DNA from: Gemmatimonadota bacterium
GTDB taxonomy: Bacteria > Gemmatimonadota > Gemmatimonadetes > Gemmatimonadales > Gemmatimonadaceae
Assembly: GCA_040389905.1 (NCBI GenBank)
Contig: JAZJZK010000051.1
Location: forward strand, 1 to 55,227
DNA: 55,227 nt
Direction of reading: 5' to 3'
Notes under the pieces: generated by a model
Seen by the model: only the letters and a program-made list of their open reading frames with translations
Database searches by the model: none
Told to the model about the DNA's origin: nothing
Shown here: in pieces, positions 38,174 through 47,827 of the stretch
Layout of the letters: every line of letters starts with the position of its first letter
How positions within the stretch are numbered: position 1 is the first letter of the stretch
Position numbers and translations under genes: made by a program

Positions 38174-38672
38174 GGACTCCGGATGGAGGCCGCATGTTCC
38201 GTCGCCGTGTTCATCTCCTTGCACTCATCGGGTCCCTCGTACCCCGTCGCGACGGTCTGCGGCCCTGAACCCGCGCGGGAGTGTTACGCAACCGGCTTCT
38301 GGTCCTCGCCCGTTCTTATCGGTGAAGGAGATTGCAGGCTCTTCATTCCCCTCGAAGAACAGCACCTGGGAGTTTCTGGATGCGTTCCTTGGCCGGCGGC
38401 GCCGCACGCCGCGCGCCGATGACACAGGGACACCTCCAGAGGGCCAGCACTGTCCCCGTCGCCGCGCGCCTCGTAAGGGGTGCCAGTGTTCACGCCGGGT
38501 CGCTCCACTAGTAGCGCCTGCTGTCCCGGCGTGTTCATTCCAAATCTGGAATGAGCGCTGCGGGAGGGAGGACGATTGCGGTGGGGCCGGCTTGCACGGA
38601 AACCAAGTCGCGGCGCAAAGATGCGCCGGTCACGGGCGGGTAGCGTTCGGCAGGCAGCGCTATACCACAGCC

Positions 38673-38930
38673 TTAGGGCTCGAACAACTCGGCGAGAATC
38701 TGGAGCACCGAGCGGAGGGTCGCTGGCGTGACGACGCCGAGCCGCTTGCGCAAGCGTTCCCGATCGACCGTGCGGAGCTGATCGACCACGATATGTCCTG
38801 ACTTGCCCTCGAAGCGGCGGGGAACACGAAACGGGTAAGGATGCGACCCGGTGGTCAGCGGGGCGACGATGGTTGTCGCGAGATGGTGGTTGAGCTCATT
38901 GGGCGAGATGACGACACAGGGGCGGGTCGC
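38673..38930 (-). pseudogene. mazF: 5'-truncated PemK/MazF toxin gene, no antitoxin
   Basis: TRPCVVISPNELN…IVAPLTT…DQLRTVDRERL; the usual N-terminal RG..LV.LDP…GSE segment is missing and a palindrome occupies 38931-38949. Confidence 0.72.
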
Positions 38931-39015
38931 GCCGCTCGACTCGAGCGGCAATTACCGATACGGACGATCTTGGAGCGCATACGAAGCTCGTGAGCCTCGC
39001 AAGACGCCGTTTGTG

Positions 39016-39110
39016 GTATAACGCCACAGTTCAGCTAAGGGCGAGTTCGGCGAGTTCATAAAATGCGAGCGAAGCGAGCTACCGCGCTGAAGCATGACGC
39101 GGTGTTACTC
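39016..39110. other. Degenerate attC-like imperfect hairpin
   Basis: GTATAAC GCCAC AGTTCAGC … GCGAGCGAAGCGAGC … GCATGAC GCGGT GTTACTC; AAC/GTT ends pair; minus strand ends GTTATAC. Confidence 0.4.
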
Positions 39111-39278
39111 TACAACGAGTCGGCGACGTCTCGCAACGATCGTCCTTGCGAGGCCGTCGTGATTCCGTTCTCGCGATTCGCACGTGACTGCCGCTGCCGC
39201 CCGCGGGCTCGTGCGGCCGCGCCGCCGGAGAGAACCCACCGCGGCGAAAAGCTCCCCGCCCTGCCCGCGGTCTGCGCC

Positions 39279-39776
39279 TCACGCAGATCGCACAATGCGG
39301 ACGTGCAGGTTGCTCCGTGTTGCCCGGCGATGCACGCGTTGCCCCGACACGGGGTCGACGAAGTGACTCGCGTACTCGCGCCCCGACGCATCGCGAATAA
39401 TGAAACGAACCGCGGCGACGCCGCTATCAACGACGGCCGCCGCAGTGTCGCACTCCAGATAGCGATGCGATTCCTCGCTGCGTAGGATCAACAGGGGAAA
39501 GGGTTGCTCACCGTACCTCGGCAGTAGTGGAATGCGCACACCACTGACCGGTTCGATCGCGGCGGCAACAAGTTGAATGGCACGGAATCCGCGATTGCGA
39601 ATCGTGACGACGAGCGCGGGCGGGCTTTCACCGTCACACAAATGCGACGGCATCACGCCGAGGTGCACGAGAACGTGCACTTGCGCTCGGCGACGCAAAA
39701 CGTCGCGGATCAGGAGGGCTGACGAGACTCCTGCGCCCCATGCTGCGAGAATGCTGGTGAGGGATCCGATGATCAT
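39279..39776 (-). CDS. Hypothetical protein with N-terminal TM helix
   Basis: AGGA RBS; hydrophobic N-terminus, then beta-rich LVVTIRNRG…FIIRDASGREY. Confidence 0.6.
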   Translation of the reverse strand: MIIGSLTSILAAWGAGVSSALLIRDVLRRRAQVHVLVHLGVMPSHLCDGESPPALVVTIRNRGFRAIQLVAAAIEPVSGVRIPLLPRYGEQPFPLLILRSEESHRYLECDTAAAVVDSGVAAVRFIIRDASGREYASHFVDPVSGQRVHRRATRSNLHVRIVRSA

Positions 39777-39873
39777 GTCCTGAGCGTGCGCGCTGCCGAA
39801 CCCTAGCCTATCCGGGCGCGGACTTCAACCGGCCCACTGCGTCATCGTCACGGACGTCCTCGAGTTGACACAC

Positions 39874-40248
39874 CTATGGTACGCGCAATGTGACCGTGGC
39901 CGAGCGGCAGGTCACGCCGCAACGTGGCCCGTTCGGATATGAATTGCTGTAGACCGGCGCGATACTCATCTGACGCGTCCCGGTACCAGTGGTCATCGTC
40001 GCGACCAACAGATCTGGTGTGTACTCCTCGAACCTCGGCGGTGCGCAGTTTCCCGCTGCGTCGGTACAGTTGAAGGTGCGCTTTCCGAACTCCGTACTGA
40101 GCAGTTCGAGCTGATACGGTCCGGACGGCGAAACGTCAAATGCGATCGCCAATACGCCGAGACAGCCGATCAGCGTGCAGTCGCCCCCACTGCAACCGGA
40201 CGTCGTCGACAGCACTACGGCGACCATGATCGCGTTCCTCACTCGCAT
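39874..40248 (-). CDS. Small Cys-rich lipoprotein
   Basis: MRVRNAIMVAVVLSTTSGC lipobox-like signal; CTLIGC and YPNGPRCGVTC. Confidence 0.7.
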   Translation of the reverse strand: MRVRNAIMVAVVLSTTSGCSGGDCTLIGCLGVLAIAFDVSPSGPYQLELLSTEFGKRTFNCTDAAGNCAPPRFEEYTPDLLVATMTTGTGTRQMSIAPVYSNSYPNGPRCGVTCRSATVTLRVP

Positions 40249-40249
40249 G

Positions 40250-40615
40250 TCATTTCCGCGGCTGCATGTAAATCTGTGACTGCGGAGGCAGGTCATTGCA
40301 CGGACGGGCCTTTACGACCCGATTCACGTCGATCCAGTCTTCGTAACCCGCAGTGATGACTCGGTAGTCGTAAATGCCCGGCTTTGTCCCGATTCCGATG
40401 CCGATCCCCGTAGACGGAACATCGATGATGGTGAGCGTGTCGTCGCCGTGCCGGCTGTACATGACGGTCGCGTGCGCGCCGTCCGGCCGGCGGATCGTAA
40501 CCATCATGGCCACGTTTGCCGCCACACAAGGCGCGCTTGCGTCTTCGCCTCTGCAGCCATTCGCCGCCGCGAATGCCGAAAGCCATAGCGCACGTGCCCA
40601 CCTGCTCCTCATCAT
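40250..40615 (-). CDS. Small lipoprotein (carboxypeptidase-regulatory-like beta domain)
   Basis: AANGC lipobox-like; PGIYDYRVITAGYEDW; two further Cys; ATGA overlap with the upstream gene. Confidence 0.65.
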   Translation of the reverse strand: MMRSRWARALWLSAFAAANGCRGEDASAPCVAANVAMMVTIRRPDGAHATVMYSRHGDDTLTIIDVPSTGIGIGIGTKPGIYDYRVITAGYEDWIDVNRVVKARPCNDLPPQSQIYMQPRK

Positions 40616-41052
40616 GGCACCGGCTGAAGAAACGCGTTCAAGTGAACCGTCCTCGGCTCACACCCTTCCTGTTCCACGACGACGTCGCGAATCAGCCAAT
40701 CGGCAAAGCCCGGCGTAATCGCACGCAGTTCGTATGTTCCGCGAAGGGATCCGATCGCTGTTGGCGCGCTGCCGGTAGAGCCCCGAATAACGACGAGCGA
40801 GTCGTCGCCCAGCCTTTCGAATACGATCGTGGTGTTGGCACTCACCGGCTTGGCATCTATCCCGCTGGCAAAGCTCAGTACGATCGCCGGCGTGGTCCCC
40901 CAGACGCACGCTGTCGCCGTCGTGGGGTCGGTGCATGCCGCAACTCCGCTAAAAGCACACAGCAGAACTCGGCAACATGGACGGCGCAGTTGCGCGAAAA
41001 CGAAGAATGCTCGCATCTCGAAGCCCATCGCGCGCGGAGACGTCCAGTTCAT
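40612..41052 (-). CDS. Small lipoprotein, paralogue-like to 40250-40615
   Basis: VAAC lipobox; GTYELRAITPGFADW…V.V…C; true start uncertain. Confidence 0.62.
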   Translation of the reverse strand: MNWTSPRAMGFEMRAFFVFAQLRRPCCRVLLCAFSGVAACTDPTTATACVWGTTPAIVLSFASGIDAKPVSANTTIVFERLGDDSLVVIRGSTGSAPTAIGSLRGTYELRAITPGFADWLIRDVVVEQEGCEPRTVHLNAFLQPVP

Positions 41053-41263
41053 GCTTTACCGTCGGAGGACACTCGTCGATGACTCGTAATCGCCGCCCGT
41101 TGACGTTACCTCGTCGATGCTGGCGTACGCAAGCGATCGTCGTCGCCAGTCACGTACTTGACCGCAAGCGAACACATTCATGAGTCGTTCCGTAGTTCGG
41201 ACTGGCGTTACCGCGGTTTTGCCATATTTTCGCCTTAGAGGCATTCACCAAGGACGACCCCGC

Positions 41264-41548
41264 ATGCAGGATTCAGAGGACGTCGCAGAACAAACCCATG
41301 CATTCTGTCACGCCTGCGTCGAGGCGGTGTGCCAGCGCCATTCGCTGCACGAACCCCGCCTCGCGGCCATGGCCGACGCACTCGTGACGGATGCACGCGT
41401 GAAAGGGGTGCCAATGGATGTTCTGGTGACGGAGTTCAGCACGTTCTGGAAGGCCGAACCGGACACCAAGAAGCTGCGTCCGGCAACCGATACTGCGGCA
41501 TATGAGCAATCCCTCGAGTTGCTCCTGGACCGCTACCTCTCGGATTGA
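41264..41548 (+). CDS. Hypothetical helical protein (94 aa)
   Basis: AAGGA RBS; protein-like composition; converges on ppk2. Confidence 0.5.
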   Translation: MQDSEDVAEQTHAFCHACVEAVCQRHSLHEPRLAAMADALVTDARVKGVPMDVLVTEFSTFWKAEPDTKKLRPATDTAAYEQSLELLLDRYLSD

Positions 41549-41551
41549 CGC

Positions 41552-42430
41552 TCAGCGGGACAGCAGCCGCTTCCGCATGGCTTGAAGTTCCTTCTCCCGC
41601 TTCGCGTCCGTTTCGGGATACGACATCTTGAGCGACCGGAAGGTGTCGAGCATGATCTCCGAGATGAGTAGCCGCGCGTTTTTCTTGTCGTCGGCCGGCA
41701 CGGCATACCACGGCGAGTCCTTCGTGCTCGTCGCGCTGAGGCACTTCTCATACGCCTTGCGGTAGTCGTCCCAGTACTCGCGCTCGTCCACGTCGGCGGC
41801 GCTGAACTTCCAGTTCTTCGCCGGATCGTCGATGCGAGCGACGAATCGCTTCAGCTGCTCTTCCTTGGAGATGTGGAGGAAGAACTTCACGGTCCGCGTA
41901 CCATTCACGTGCAGATGGTGCTCGTGATCGAGGATCGACTGGTATCTCTCCCGCCAGATACGCTTTCCCGTCGGCGAACCATTTGGCAGGTGCTCGCCGC
42001 GAAGCAGCTCCGGATGCACCCGAACGATCAGCACTTCCTCATAGTACGACCGATTGAAGATGCCGATGCGCCCCCGCTCGGGAAGACACTGTGACGTGCG
42101 CCAGAGAAAGTCGTGATCGAGCTCGGTCGCACTCGGATGCTTGAAGCTGAAGACCTGGCATCCCTGCGGATTGATACCCGACATCACGTGACGAATGGCA
42201 CCGTCCTTCCCCGCCGAGTCCATCGCCTGAAAGATGAACAACACCGAGTATGCATCGGACGCATACAACATCTCCTGCTGGCTGCTGAGCTTCTCCACCT
42301 GGGTCCGTAGCAGCGATTCGTAGGCCTCCTCCGAGTCGTACAGGGGCTCGACCATCGTTGGCCACTTTCGCAGGTCAACGCGTTGCTCGTGGCGTACCCG
42401 GTAGTCGTCGGTCTCGATCTGTGGCTTCAT
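41552..42430 (-). CDS. ppk2: Polyphosphate kinase 2 (class III-like polyP:nucleotide phosphotransferase)
   Basis: [11 protein letters not shown]alker [39 protein letters not shown]; start 42430. Confidence 0.93.
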   Translation of the reverse strand: MKPQIETDDYRVRHEQRVDLRKWPTMVEPLYDSEEAYESLLRTQVEKLSSQQEMLYASDAYSVLFIFQAMDSAGKDGAIRHVMSGINPQGCQVFSFKHPSATELDHDFLWRTSQCLPERGRIGIFNRSYYEEVLIVRVHPELLRGEHLPNGSPTGKRIWRERYQSILDHEHHLHVNGTRTVKFFLHISKEEQLKRFVARIDDPAKNWKFSAADVDEREYWDDYRKAYEKCLSATSTKDSPWYAVPADDKKNARLLISEIMLDTFRSLKMSYPETDAKREKELQAMRKRLLSR

Positions 42431-42559
42431 GGGATCACTCACGTGCATGGACCGTGCTCGCTGGGTTGAACTGCGAAAGCGTTGAACGGGAAGGGCGCAG
42501 AGGAACAAAAGCAAAGCTTTGTCGTTTCCGCAGTTTTCTGCGACCTCCTGCACAACAAA

Positions 42560-43501
42560 TCAGTGCGTCCCGATGAACCACTCGACCGCGCTCCGAAACG
42601 CATCCGGCGCCTCGAGGAAGGTCCAGTGCGCCGCCTCGGGAATGCGAACGACTTTCGCGTTGGGCGCCGATTTCCACTCCAGAGTTCCAGCGATGGGAGC
42701 AGCATCCTCATCGCCATGGATGACGAGGATCGGAATGCGCAGTGCTGCGAGCGTGCCGCGCCAATCATATACCCCAAGGTCTGCGGCCGAACGCCCTGTC
42801 GATTGTGCCACCTTGTTTGGCCACTCGTTCGGCCAGTTGCATGGCTCGACCTTCGGGGCCACGACGAGCCCTCGGCCAGCCATATTCGCCGGAACGTGGA
42901 AAGCGTTGTTCGCACGACAATACTCGACGGTCGATGCTGAATCCGTCGCACGAACGCGAATACTGTCCAGGGCGCGGCGCGCGGCGGAATCAAGTCGCGC
43001 GTCGTAGCGCACACGCATCGAATCCGACCAGGGGGTCGAGCGCGGCGCCAATGGGCTTGCGAGGATGAGGCGGCGCGTCTGCGTGGGATGTTCGATTGCA
43101 TAGCGCGCCGCGACAAGCGAATAGAACGACCAGCCAAGTATCGTGGCGCGACGAATCTTGAAGTGCTTGGCGATGGTGTCGAGATCAGCGACGTCGCTCT
43201 TGAATGCTCGCCGCCGCAGATCGGCCGGCGCGATGGCGCTCGATCGTCCACGCCCGCGCGGATCGTAGGCGAGCACGGTGTGCGTCTCGGACAGCGCAGC
43301 AAGCTCAGGTACGAGAATGATGCCAAGTGGCACGAGGATCGTGTCGCGCCGAGCGTCGGTGACGTAATAGTGAAGACGCGTGCTGTCTGCGAGGAAGAGA
43401 TCACCTTCCGTTATCTCTACGACGTGTTTTTCGGCGAGAAAAACACGCGACAACGCGATGCACGCAAAGGTGCACTGGATAGCGAGACGAAACGCACGCA
43501 T
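42560..43501 (-). CDS. Alpha/beta-fold hydrolase
   Basis: YDPRGRGRS, GWSFY nucleophile elbow, VIHGDED, AAHW; start uncertain (43501 or 43543). Confidence 0.8.
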   Translation of the reverse strand: MRAFRLAIQCTFACIALSRVFLAEKHVVEITEGDLFLADSTRLHYYVTDARRDTILVPLGIILVPELAALSETHTVLAYDPRGRGRSSAIAPADLRRRAFKSDVADLDTIAKHFKIRRATILGWSFYSLVAARYAIEHPTQTRRLILASPLAPRSTPWSDSMRVRYDARLDSAARRALDSIRVRATDSASTVEYCRANNAFHVPANMAGRGLVVAPKVEPCNWPNEWPNKVAQSTGRSAADLGVYDWRGTLAALRIPILVIHGDEDAAPIAGTLEWKSAPNAKVVRIPEAAHWTFLEAPDAFRSAVEWFIGTH

Positions 43502-43518
43502 ACTGGATGATACAAAAC

Positions 43519-43539
43519 GTGCAGGCCCTTCGCTTCGCT
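43519..43539. repeat. Family A REP fragment in a divergent intergenic region
   Basis: GTGCAGGCCCTTCGCTTCGCT is the reverse complement of the GCGAAGGGCCTGCAC end of 5514-5554. Confidence 0.55.
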
Positions 43540-43568
43540 GCAACCCCCGTCGGCATCGTGCTTATCAC

Positions 43569-45854
43569 ATGACCAACACCATTCAGCAACTCCGCACACT
43601 GCGCATCGTCGGCGTCGCCGGCCTCTCGATCGTACTATCGACTGCGTCGGCTCGCGCACAGCAGCCCACGCCGATCGACACCAAGGCGTGGACGGCGCAG
43701 GACGACCACAAGAACATGATGCAGCAACTCGGCATCACCGCGCTGCGACCCGGGCCAAGCGGAAACGAAACCGCTCCGAACCATGCGAACTACGACGAAG
43801 CGACGGCGAATCCATTTCCGAAGCTGCCGGACGTCCTCACACTGAAGAACGGCAGGAAGGTCACGACCGCCGCGCAGTGGGCCCAGCGGCGCGCCGAGAT
43901 CGTCGAGGATTTCGAGCGAGAGGTCCTCGGGCGCATTCCGAAGAACGTCCCCAAGGTGACGTGGACGGTAGCGGCGACGGACTCGGGAACAGTCGGCGGC
44001 CGGCGCGTGATCGGCAAGCAGCTCGTCGGACACGTGGACAACTCGTCGTATCCCGATATCAACGTCGACATCTCGATGACGCTCGTGCTGCCGGCCGACT
44101 CGAAGACGCCGGTACCTGTTCAGATTCTCTTTGGCGGACGTGCGCTGCCGCAGGCCGTTGGTCGCCCTGCCCCGCCGCCACCGCCGGGAGGCCGCGGGTT
44201 CGCCTTCCCTCCTCCCGCTCCGGGAAGTGACGCACCGTCGACGGAGCAGCTCATCGTCGATGGGTGGGGCTTTGCGTTCGTCAATCCGGGCAGCATCCAG
44301 GCGGACAACGGAGCGGGTCTCACCAAAGGCATCATCGGGCTCGTCAACAAGGGCCAGCCGCGCAAGCCGGATGACTGGGGCGCGCTGCGCGCCTGGGGTT
44401 GGGGCGCCAGCCGAGCGCTCGATTACCTCGAGATGGAAAAGGGCGTCAACGCCAAGCAGGTCGGCATCGAGGGCGTCTCGCGATATGGCAAGGCCGCACT
44501 GGTGACCATGGCCTTCGACCCTCGATTCGCCGTCGTTCTCATTGGGTCGTCGGGTGAAGGCGGTGCGAAACTTCACCGCCGCAATTGGGGCGAGGCGGTC
44601 GAGAGCCTCACCGGCTCCGGCGAGTATCACTGGATGGCCGGGAACTTCATCAAGTACGGCGCGTCGGAAGCAACGTTTGGCAGCAAGAATGCCGGCGACA
44701 TTCCCGTCGATGCACACGAGTTGATCGCCCTCTGCGCGCCTCGGCTGGCGTTCGTGAGCTATGGCGTTCCGGAAAAGGGCGACGCGAAGTGGCTCGATCA
44801 TCAGGGCAGCTTCATGGCCGCCATCGCAGCGCAGCCCGTCTTCCGTCTCCTGGGCGCGAAGGATCTCGGCCGGTCGGACGACTATAACAGCGAGAAGATG
44901 CCGGCGGTGAACGTCTCGCTGATGGACGGCCAGCTCGCATGGCGTCAACACGATGGCGGTCACACGGACGCGCCGAATTGGAAGTACTACCTGCCGTGGG
45001 CGGACAGGTTCTTCAAGAAGCCGTACGTCGCGGCTCCGCCTGTTCCGGCTGCGGCTCCAGCAATCGCACCTGCGACTGCACCGGCGACGCAGGGGCCAGC
45101 CATGCTCCCGGCGGCGACCGCGCAGGGGCGCTGGCCTGCCGACAAGGCTACGCCGCGGACGGACGCCAATTCGAAGCTCGCGCACGAGCAACTCCTCGAG
45201 AAGCGCACGAAAGGCAAGATCGACGTCTACTTTCAGGGCAACTCCATTACCCGTCGCTGGGGCGCGTCCGATTATCCGGCCTTTCTCGAGAACTGGAAAT
45301 CCAACTTCTTCGGTTGGAACGCCGCGGACTTCGGCTGGGGCGCAGACCGCATCGAGCACATGCTCTGGCGCGTCGAGAACGGTGAACTCGATGGCGTGAA
45401 TCCCAAGGTGATCGTGATTCTCGCAGGAACGAACAACGTGGGCGGCCGGCCCGGCGATGACGAGAAAGTCGCCGACATCACGCGCGGCCTCAAGGCGCTA
45501 TTGGAGATCCATCAGAAGAAGGCGCCCAACGCGACGATCATCCTCACCGGGATCTTTCCGCGGGGCGATAGCCCCCCGCTCGTGCAGGAGATCAACAAGA
45601 TCAACGCCAATCTTGCGCGGCTCGCAGATGGCAAGAAGGTCCGCTACATCAACGTCAACGACAAGCTCGCTGATGCGAATGGGATTCTGTACGAGGGCAT
45701 GACGGTCGACAAGCTGCATCCTACCGTGAAAGGCTACCAGATCTGGGCCGATGCCCTGAAGCCGATCCTCACGGAGCTGCTTGGACCACCGGCGGCAACA
45801 GACCAGGCGCCTCCCCCAACGGGCGACCCGAGCGCGAAAAAGCCCGCGCTGTGA
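43569..45854 (+). CDS. Secreted CE15 (glucuronoyl esterase-like) + SGNH/GDSL esterase fusion
   Basis: Signal peptide; WGALRAWGWGASRALDYL, GVSRYGK (CE15 nucleophile), HELIALCAPR; Pro/Ala linker; QGNSIT, AGTNN, DKLHP (SGNH). Confidence 0.88.
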   Translation: MTNTIQQLRTLRIVGVAGLSIVLSTASARAQQPTPIDTKAWTAQDDHKNMMQQLGITALRPGPSGNETAPNHANYDEATANPFPKLPDVLTLKNGRKVTTAAQWAQRRAEIVEDFEREVLGRIPKNVPKVTWTVAATDSGTVGGRRVIGKQLVGHVDNSSYPDINVDISMTLVLPADSKTPVPVQILFGGRALPQAVGRPAPPPPPGGRGFAFPPPAPGSDAPSTEQLIVDGWGFAFVNPGSIQADNGAGLTKGIIGLVNKGQPRKPDDWGALRAWGWGASRALDYLEMEKGVNAKQVGIEGVSRYGKAALVTMAFDPRFAVVLIGSSGEGGAKLHRRNWGEAVESLTGSGEYHWMAGNFIKYGASEATFGSKNAGDIPVDAHELIALCAPRLAFVSYGVPEKGDAKWLDHQGSFMAAIAAQPVFRLLGAKDLGRSDDYNSEKMPAVNVSLMDGQLAWRQHDGGHTDAPNWKYYLPWADRFFKKPYVAAPPVPAAAPAIAPATAPATQGPAMLPAATAQGRWPADKATPRTDANSKLAHEQLLEKRTKGKIDVYFQGNSITRRWGASDYPAFLENWKSNFFGWNAADFGWGADRIEHMLWRVENGELDGVNPKVIVILAGTNNVGGRPGDDEKVADITRGLKALLEIHQKKAPNATIILTGIFPRGDSPPLVQEINKINANLARLADGKKVRYINVNDKLADANGILYEGMTVDKLHPTVKGYQIWADALKPILTELLGPPAATDQAPPPTGDPSAKKPAL

Positions 45855-47779
45855 CCGAGCCGCTGGAAGCGCCGAGGCGGCAGCCGCGTCGCCCGCTTCT
45901 TCTCGTTCTCGCGGTCGGAATCGTTGCGCAGTTCGTCTGGTGTGAGGCGGATGCCCTTCGTCACAATCCCTACTCGGTGTGGTCGCCGTCTCGCGTCGAG
46001 GCGGCGATGCTCGTGCTGTGCATCTACGGCGCAGCGTTCGCGCTGCTCGACGCGCACATCTGGAAACGGCTGCGGTCTGTCCGTTGGTTGATTGTCGCTG
46101 CCGCACTCGTTTTTGCCGCGCGATTCCACGTCGTACGAGCGCTCATGGCGAAAAACGCCGAGACGAGTGCGCTCACCGAAGCCTTGCCGAGTACGCAAGC
46201 GGCGCTGCTGACCGCCTTTCTCCGGGAGCTGTCGGCCGCGCAGGAGCAGTATCGGTTGCGGCAACACACGTACGCCGCATCGCTGGATTCTCTGCTGGAT
46301 TGGATGACGTTTCCAGCGGAACGCGTCACGGTATCCTTGTCGCGGCACGGCGACCTCGGTTGGTCCGGACGGGCATCCGTCGATACCACGCACTGTTCCA
46401 TATGGGTTCGCGATTCGACGCTCCGCAACGAATCCGCGGAATTGGAAGGAGCGCCGTACTGCGGAAAGACGCTGCGCGCAAAACAGCGCATGGTACGCAC
46501 GGTCACCGCTCAGCTCGACGCGCCCGAGCGCGGATTTCGGCCTGAGGACATACGCGACACGTGGCTTCAGCATCGCGCAGACCGAAGCCGCTCTGGTATT
46601 GGCAGTACCGCGGCAGGTCCGTATCGATGGACGACGCGCGTCGCCGGCGAGTTGCTCGGGAGCGTGGCGGTCGCGGGCAACCAGCTATTCGTCGGTGCGC
46701 ACGGGAACGGGGAATTCGTTGCACTGACGCTCGATTCCGGCCGCGTCGGATATCGACTTCGAACACCAAACTGGATTCATCACGAACCCGTCGTGACATC
46801 CGACGCGGTCATCGTGGGATTCGGCAACAACGAAATGCGCCCAACGGAGAATCAGTTCCTCGGCTCCGACCCCAGCGGCATTGTTGCGTACGATCGTCGC
46901 ACGGGGGTTGAACGTTGGCATCGGTACACGCGCGCCAGCATGATGACTTCTCCGGTCGTGCGCGACTCGATCGTTGCGAGCATCTCGGCGTCACAGGAGG
47001 CCACCGGGTGGCGCATATCGGACGGGAAGGAACTCTGGCGTACGATGCTTCCCGCGAGCGGGCCGATGGCGAATCCTCTGCTCATCGATACACTGATGGT
47101 CGTTGGCCTCGAAAAGTCGGTCATCTGCGTGCTCGATGTGCGAACGGGCGTGAGTGTCTATTGTCATCGAGCCGCCAGCGGCGTGTGGGGCGCCGGGCAT
47201 GCCTCAACGGCCGTCGCGGGCACCACGCTGCTCCACGCCTTCGACCAAGGGGTCTCGCTCGGTTCGCTGCTGCGAGCTCGGAGGTTTGGATTCGCCGCCG
47301 CCAAGATGCTGCGGTTGCCGGGCTGGTCGTACACACTCAGTGAGCAGGTGCTCGTTGGCTTCGAGCTGGCGACGGGGCGAGAACTCTGGCGCGTTCGTCT
47401 TGGGATCGGGCAATACGAACGGAATGGTCACGTCGCGGGCACGCCGACGGTGGCCGATGGAGTGGTGTACGTACCGTCCCCCATCAGCGGCCGAGTGACC
47501 GCTGTGAGGCCAGACTCGGGTCGCGTCATCTGGTCGACCGATGTGCGCACGGCGCGCGGATCCGTGGTCGTGACGCGTGGCGCCGTGTTGGTCTCGACGC
47601 TCGATACCGCGCTCGTCGTACTGGATGCCAGCACCGGCCGCGTGCGCTGCCGTCAGCATCTTCCAGGCTTGAGTGATCGGGCCGGTCCGACCCTCGCCGG
47701 CGAGACCGGCATCATGACGTTTCGCAATGGAATCGTTGCCGCTCGACCGGTCGCTGATTGGCTCTCCTGTCGAGTGTGA
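45851..47779 (+). CDS. TM-anchored pilin-like + PQQ-type beta-propeller protein, copy 1
   Basis: Three N-terminal hydrophobic segments; LRELSAAQEQY…GWS…HCSIWV; PQQ repeats (YDRRTGVERW, ELATGRELW, DSGRVIW); GTGA overlap with the CE15 gene. Confidence 0.85.
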   Translation: MTEPLEAPRRQPRRPLLLVLAVGIVAQFVWCEADALRHNPYSVWSPSRVEAAMLVLCIYGAAFALLDAHIWKRLRSVRWLIVAAALVFAARFHVVRALMAKNAETSALTEALPSTQAALLTAFLRELSAAQEQYRLRQHTYAASLDSLLDWMTFPAERVTVSLSRHGDLGWSGRASVDTTHCSIWVRDSTLRNESAELEGAPYCGKTLRAKQRMVRTVTAQLDAPERGFRPEDIRDTWLQHRADRSRSGIGSTAAGPYRWTTRVAGELLGSVAVAGNQLFVGAHGNGEFVALTLDSGRVGYRLRTPNWIHHEPVVTSDAVIVGFGNNEMRPTENQFLGSDPSGIVAYDRRTGVERWHRYTRASMMTSPVVRDSIVASISASQEATGWRISDGKELWRTMLPASGPMANPLLIDTLMVVGLEKSVICVLDVRTGVSVYCHRAASGVWGAGHASTAVAGTTLLHAFDQGVSLGSLLRARRFGFAAAKMLRLPGWSYTLSEQVLVGFELATGRELWRVRLGIGQYERNGHVAGTPTVADGVVYVPSPISGRVTAVRPDSGRVIWSTDVRTARGSVVVTRGAVLVSTLDTALVVLDASTGRVRCRQHLPGLSDRAGPTLAGETGIMTFRNGIVAARPVADWLSCRV

Positions 47780-47827
47780 AGGTTCACACGGAGTTGCGAT
47801 TGGATACCGTGACGTTATGATGACGCG

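Noticed and set aside
39279..41052. Full integron cassette array covering the small minus-strand genes
   Set aside because: Only one degenerate attC-like hairpin; the lipoprotein genes abut with no room for attC sites; no intI
45020..45130. Low-complexity GC-rich repeats inside the CE15-SGNH gene
   Set aside because: They encode an ordinary Pro/Ala inter-domain linker
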